NCBI RefSeq assembly: GCF_006345805.1
Contig: NW_021834286.1
Span: forward strand, 351 to 64,350
Reading direction: 5' to 3'
DNA from: Octopus sinensis
Lineage: Eukaryota
Length of the DNA stretch: 64,000 nucleotides
A model generated the notes under the pieces. That model worked only from the letters and a program-made list of their open reading frames with translations. It did not search any database and was not told where the DNA came from. Shown one piece after another: positions 57,796 through 64,000 of the stretch; the first letter of the stretch is position 1; every line of letters starts with the position of its first letter. Made by a program: the position numbers and the translations under genes.

Positions 57796-58370
57796 TATAT
57801 CTATATATATATATATACATATAATATGTATATATATATACACACACACACATATATATTATATATATATTTATTCATCTCTTCATATATCTCTGCTTTT
57901 ATATATGCAAGTATAGATTTATAAGTGTGTATACTTATCTATATATGTATGTATGTATGTAGGTACGTAATTTTATTCATGCATCGACACATATCACATA
58001 CATGTACATGTATAGTTATGTAGCCACAAGAAAGACCTGCCGAATATGTGATAGGCAATCTTATATATCATAGATAAAAGCATATATATTAAACATAACA
58101 CGTGTGAGTTATGTATAGCGAGAGGCGGACTCTAGTTACAAAATGGCTTGTTGCATAAATCTATGCATATTATGTAAATTACAAACAGGTTATATATAGC
58201 GGCCGGTTTGGTAATGTATTATCACATGCATCGATGCTACGACACACATACACACACACACACAAACACGCACGTGCTAGCGAATCAGAATTGCTCACAC
58301 GCGCGCAGACACACACACATTCACACATATATGTATATATACACATACATAATCACACACACACATATGT
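55095..58370. repeat. Direct tandem duplication, 2 x ~1.63 kb
   Basis: ttagcatttcgtaat at 55183 and 56812; gaatgcgctgtgcgaca at ~55809 and ~57442; ggccggtttggtaatg at ~56561 and 58201. Confidence 0.95.
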
Positions 58371-58479
58371 ATTACATATGTGTGCGTATCTGTGTGTGTG
58401 TTTGCATGTGTATGCTTATATAAAATATGCATATATATATATATATATTATATATATATATATATATAATATATATATA

Positions 58480-58516
<37 letters not shown>

Positions 58517-58614
58517 ATATATATATATATACATACATACATACATACATACATACATACATACATACATACATACATACATACATAAATATATATATAT
58601 ATATATATATATTC

Positions 58615-58645
<31 letters not shown>

Positions 58646-58827
58646 TTGTGCGTGTGTGTGTGTATGTGTGTCTGTGTGTGTGTGTGAGTGTGTGTGTGTG
58701 TGGTAAATGCATATACATATAAATAGAAATTTATAAAAGCTGAAAGCGATATATTTATGAATAAAATTTGAATATTACATATCTTTGATTACGTGTTATA
58801 TTTTGTGTGTGTTTGTGTAATTTAGCA

Positions 58828-58860
<33 letters not shown>

Positions 58861-59349
58861 GTGTTTGAGAGAACGAATATTTCGTATGACAACTTAAAGG
58901 CATAGCAAAAAAAGACACAGGATTACCAAGTACCTTTCGAGTGTATCGAAATCCGGATCGAGGGGTTGCGTAACTACACGCATAAACACACATTAACATT
59001 TAATATCATATTCCATGTCAATTTGTGTGTGTGGTATAAAGTGTGTGTGTACATATATATATATATATATATACGTGTGTGTGTGCGTTTGTGAGTGTCT
59101 GTGTGTGTGATTGTACGAGAATTACCCAATGCAGGTATATCATAATGTGTATGCGTCAGATTCACAATTTACACTCGTTGCATAGGTAACTTCATATATT
59201 TGTCTCATTCTCCAATTCCATTCTTATATTTTTTAACCCTAGGGCTAAAATGGATCTCTTCATTTTTTTTCTGCTTTTTACCTCGTATTCTATGAAAAAG
59301 AGTGTACGACTCCCTGCCTGGAACTATCAATTAAATTATGAGGCTAATG

Positions 59350-59561
59350 ACATACATACATATACACACTTAGACACATAACAAAACACACATAGCAAAA
59401 TCTATAATTTCACACACACACACACATACACATATATATATATATATATATACACATATGTATATATACATATATATATATATATGTAGATGTATATCGA
59501 CATACTTATATATATGTACACACATACACATACTTACACACACAAACACGCACACATACAT

Positions 59562-59606
<45 letters not shown>

Positions 59607-59989
59607 TATGAATGTATTTTTGCATACATAGATATATATCCATTTGCGTATACTTGTGTAGTATGAATACGTTTCTACTTAAGGGACTGATGATTTTTTC
59701 TATCACCCAATGCATTGCCCAAGTATGGTCGCAGTCGAGGCATTTAAGAACAACTCAATGGCATAAAAATTATCGGGTATTTTACAAAAATATACGATAG
59801 GATAGCAAGCAAATAGGTATTGAGATATTGTTTGAATAGACGAAGATATGACTTTCAAATATATATGTACTATAACGGCAGAATATTCAATATATACGTA
59901 CAATTAACCCCCAGCCCTATAGAGATATATATGCATATATATTTGCACGAAGCCATGCGCTAGTAAGTGCAGAGATGAATATATATTTA

Positions 59990-60035
<46 letters not shown>

Positions 60036-60495
60036 TACTTATAATTATATATATGCATATATACATGAATATATATACATATTTATAGTTATATATATCC
60101 AAATGTATACATATATAAATATATATATAAACACATAAATATGTACATGGACATATGCACATATATGAATGTATATGTATACAAATATATATATTTATAT
60201 ACACATGTATATATATTCAGTAACACGTATAGTTTTTGTGTACATGCTATATTTGTGGATATATGTCTATATATATAGTTATATACACAAGTCCTTCTCT
60301 TACTCACTCTCTCTATCTCAATATATATATATATGGGTGTATATATATATATGTATGTGTATATATATATATGTGTGTGTGTGCGTATATATCTAGATGT
60401 ATATATACCTCTGAAAATAATATATACATGTACGTATGGAGTATATACACACAACACACGCGCAAACATATATACATATATATATATATATATAT

Positions 60496-60530
<35 letters not shown>

Positions 60531-60564
60531 GTATGTATATAATATATATCCTACATATATATAC

Positions 60565-60625
<61 letters not shown>

Positions 60626-61032
60626 GATATATAATATATATAATATATACATATATACATATGTATATGTAAAATCTATCTATATTATAAATGTATAATC
60701 TTTACATGAGTGGTGTTGAAATATTTTCGCGCAGGTGTATTCTCAATAATGAAAATATCAATTATCTTTATAACCGATACCTCACAGGATCGCACACATG
60801 TAGATTTCAATTATAATTGCGAATATGCATTTATAAATACGTGGATGCAGAATTACATACATATATATATATAATTATAACTATGTCCCTAAGAATGTGT
60901 ATATATGCATAAGTACAGCAACATGAATATAGAGAGAGGTGCAATTGTATGTGTAAAATAACACAGATATAGAGAAAGGCTTATTCATGCATGTATCTAC
61001 GGCAGTATTTATACATATAAATTATATATATA

Positions 61033-61087
<55 letters not shown>

Positions 61088-61460
61088 GTATGTATACAAA
61101 CACACGCCCAGGCATGCACATACAAAACAACAATACATACTCAAACATGGTGAGTAAAATATATATATATTTATACATAATTATGTATGAATATATGTAG
61201 GTATGTATATATTTACGTAATTAGGCATGTTTGGGCGTGTGCCTGTGGGTGTGTATGCATATATATGTATATGTGTTCGTGTGTGTATTCTATACATACA
61301 TGTATACAGTCATATAAATGAATATGTACATAATTACGTACGATTAATTTAATATATATACGTATATATACACTTAGCATTATACATATACATACATATG
61401 CATATGCATACGTATGTGTATATATTTAATATATATACATGTGTATATGTATATATATAT

Positions 61461-61500
<40 letters not shown>

Positions 61501-61511
61501 CTTATATTTAT

Positions 61512-61557
<46 letters not shown>

Positions 61558-61564
61558 TTATATT

Positions 61565-61597
<33 letters not shown>

Positions 61598-61910
61598 TAT
61601 ATATGATACGGTGTTACTCGTGAGAAGTCCTCCCTTTTTTAGTGTGTCTACATGTGTGAATGCATGAGTTTCACTGCCCCTGTATGGGGCCTGTGGTGTC
61701 TTGCAGATACATCAGTTCTTATATGCTGAAATTCTAATTAGAATTGTCACAAGGAATAAAAGGGTGAAATGCGAAATGGAAATTGACTGACAATTGATGG
61801 CATATATGATGAGTTCAGAGGATCATTAGAATTTTTTATAATATTCCGATATATACATCTGCACATAGTACATGTATGTATATTATATATATATTATATA
61901 ATATATATAT

Positions 61911-61986
<76 letters not shown>

Positions 61987-62142
61987 CATGTATACGTATA
62001 TATGTATATGTGTGTGTGGATGTGTGTGTATGTATATAGAAATATATATATGGATGCTATATATTATATATATATGTATATATATACATTATATATATAT
62101 AATAATATAATATATATATCTATAATATATATATATATATGT

Positions 62143-62173
<31 letters not shown>

Positions 62174-62200
62174 GTCCATACATTGTTTGTATATTCTATC
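59350..62200. repeat. Compound (TA)n/(CA)n/(ATAC)n microsatellite field with short unique islands
   Basis: Seen directly; similar fields at 4-6 kb, 28-31 kb, 36-39 kb and 51-58 kb. Confidence 0.95.
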
Positions 62201-62444
62201 CATTTATCTATCCTCATCTATGTGTATGCGTGTGTGCATATATACATGTGTGTGCTTGTTTGAGTGTATGTGTTGGGGGTAGTGTGTGTGTGATTGAAAC
62301 AAGTATGTAGCATGCGCGCTTGAATGCATGTCTAAATGTGTGCAAAATGTCTTAGAATAACGTGAAATCTCACCAACATTGAAAGAAAGAAATTTTACAA
62401 TGTCACATATACGTATACACACTCTATAAAGATACATGCCTTAG

Positions 62445-62465
62445 CTAGATAAATAGATAGATAGG

Positions 62466-62514
<49 letters not shown>

Positions 62515-62714
62515 TGATAGATAGATAGATAGATAGATAGACAGACAGATAGACAGACAGATAGATAGAATAGATAGATAGATAGATACATACATATATA
62601 TATATATATATAATATATTAATAATATATATATATATATATAGATAGATAGATAGATTGGTAGGCACGTAGATAGATATGTTTGTAGGTACATAGAAAGA
62701 TAGATAGGTAGATA

Positions 62715-62759
<45 letters not shown>

Positions 62760-62795
62760 CAGACAGAGAGACAGACGACAGACAGACAGACAGAC

Positions 62796-62858
<63 letters not shown>

Positions 62859-62860
62859 CA
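62445..62860. repeat. (ATAG)n/(AGAC)n tetranucleotide arrays
   Basis: Seen directly in the sequence. Confidence 0.95.
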
Positions 62861-63320
62861 CGGTGGAATATTTTGCATACACAATCTCACAAGCAGACAG
62901 GGAATCAACGGTACATTAGAACAAACATTTTCGTACAAAGGCATGCTTACTTCGACCGAATGCTAAACTTAACATGGACAGCTGCATGCATTCAGACAAC
63001 TCAGAAATAATCTACACATTCTTTATATCTTTTCTTTCTTTTTCTCCTTTTTTTTTATATATTTTGGATCTTCTTTTTATTCATCTATTTTTTTTTTTTA
63101 CTCTTTTTGTTTGTATCTGCCTCTCTGCTTTGAATTGTTCTTGTTCGTTGATTTTTGTTTGGTTGATGTTGTTGTGATATAATTGTCGTACTTTTTTTAT
63201 ATTTGGTGTTTCTTGAATTTCTGTATTTAGCTTTTTATTGTTTTTATGTTTTTTTTACGTGTTTTTGCTTTTGTTTGTTCTTAGTTCTCACCACACACAC
63301 ACAGATATATATGTATATAT

Positions 63321-63382
<62 letters not shown>

Positions 63383-63581
63383 ACACAGATGTGTATGTGG
63401 TTGGCATCATTCTGCATGCAGTGGTTTGAAGAGGAGATAAGATCAATATAAAGGAGACATGGACAGCCTATCCACTAGTGGGGACGTATGTGTCATGGAA
63501 GATGTCGAGTCGGAGGCTTCGTTCCGAGTGAGAGACGGAGAAAGAGAGGATTGTACATTTGTGTATATATGTATGCACTCA

Positions 63582-63616
<35 letters not shown>

Positions 63617-63946
63617 TATATATTACGTATATGTATATACATATATCTTTGTTTATATATAATATTTTATATATATATATATATACATATATATTCAACA
63701 CATATATATATATATATGTATATGCATTATATTATTTAGAATATAGGGACACCAAAGATATAAATATATACCAATATGTATATATGGAGAAATGTATAAA
63801 CATATTTGTATCTATAAGTAAATATATATGTAAATACATATATATTTGAAAACGCGCATTAACACAAGAATACGTACACAGGCACAGGCACACACCACCA
63901 CACACACACAAAAACACACACACACACACACACACACAACACACAC

Positions 63947-63990
<44 letters not shown>

Positions 63991-64000
63991 ATATATACAT

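Overview
This is very AT-rich eukaryotic DNA, intronic or intergenic, and saturated with microsatellites: (TA)n, (CA)n, (TAA)n, (ATAG)n, (GAT)n and (TTC)n. The repeat families resemble those of an octopus (coleoid cephalopod) genome; that is inference from recall and was not verified. I recognise no intact protein-coding gene, and nearly all ORFs in the supplied track are microsatellite translations. The window contains: (1) many tRNA-derived SINE copies from at least three families; (2) a co-oriented nest of 3' fragments of RLE-type (R4/Dong-like) non-LTR retrotransposons embedded in (TAA)n at 13.4-17.6 kb, with more at 47 kb and 50.6 kb; (3) Tc1/mariner relics; (4) two near-identical tandem duplications that may be assembly artefacts; and (5) most notably, 11 type I hammerhead-ribozyme-like motifs from about 7 unrelated short repeat families resembling Penelope-like element (PLE) termini. 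One motif has a fully canonical core (24981-25075, minus). One lies in a composite element of tRNA-like Pol III head + (AAT)n + hammerhead tail (44606-44935) that is fused to an inverted headless copy. A few small splice-bounded GC-richer islands could be exons of an unidentified host gene (low confidence). All folds and translations were read by eye; boundaries of degraded repeats are approximate.
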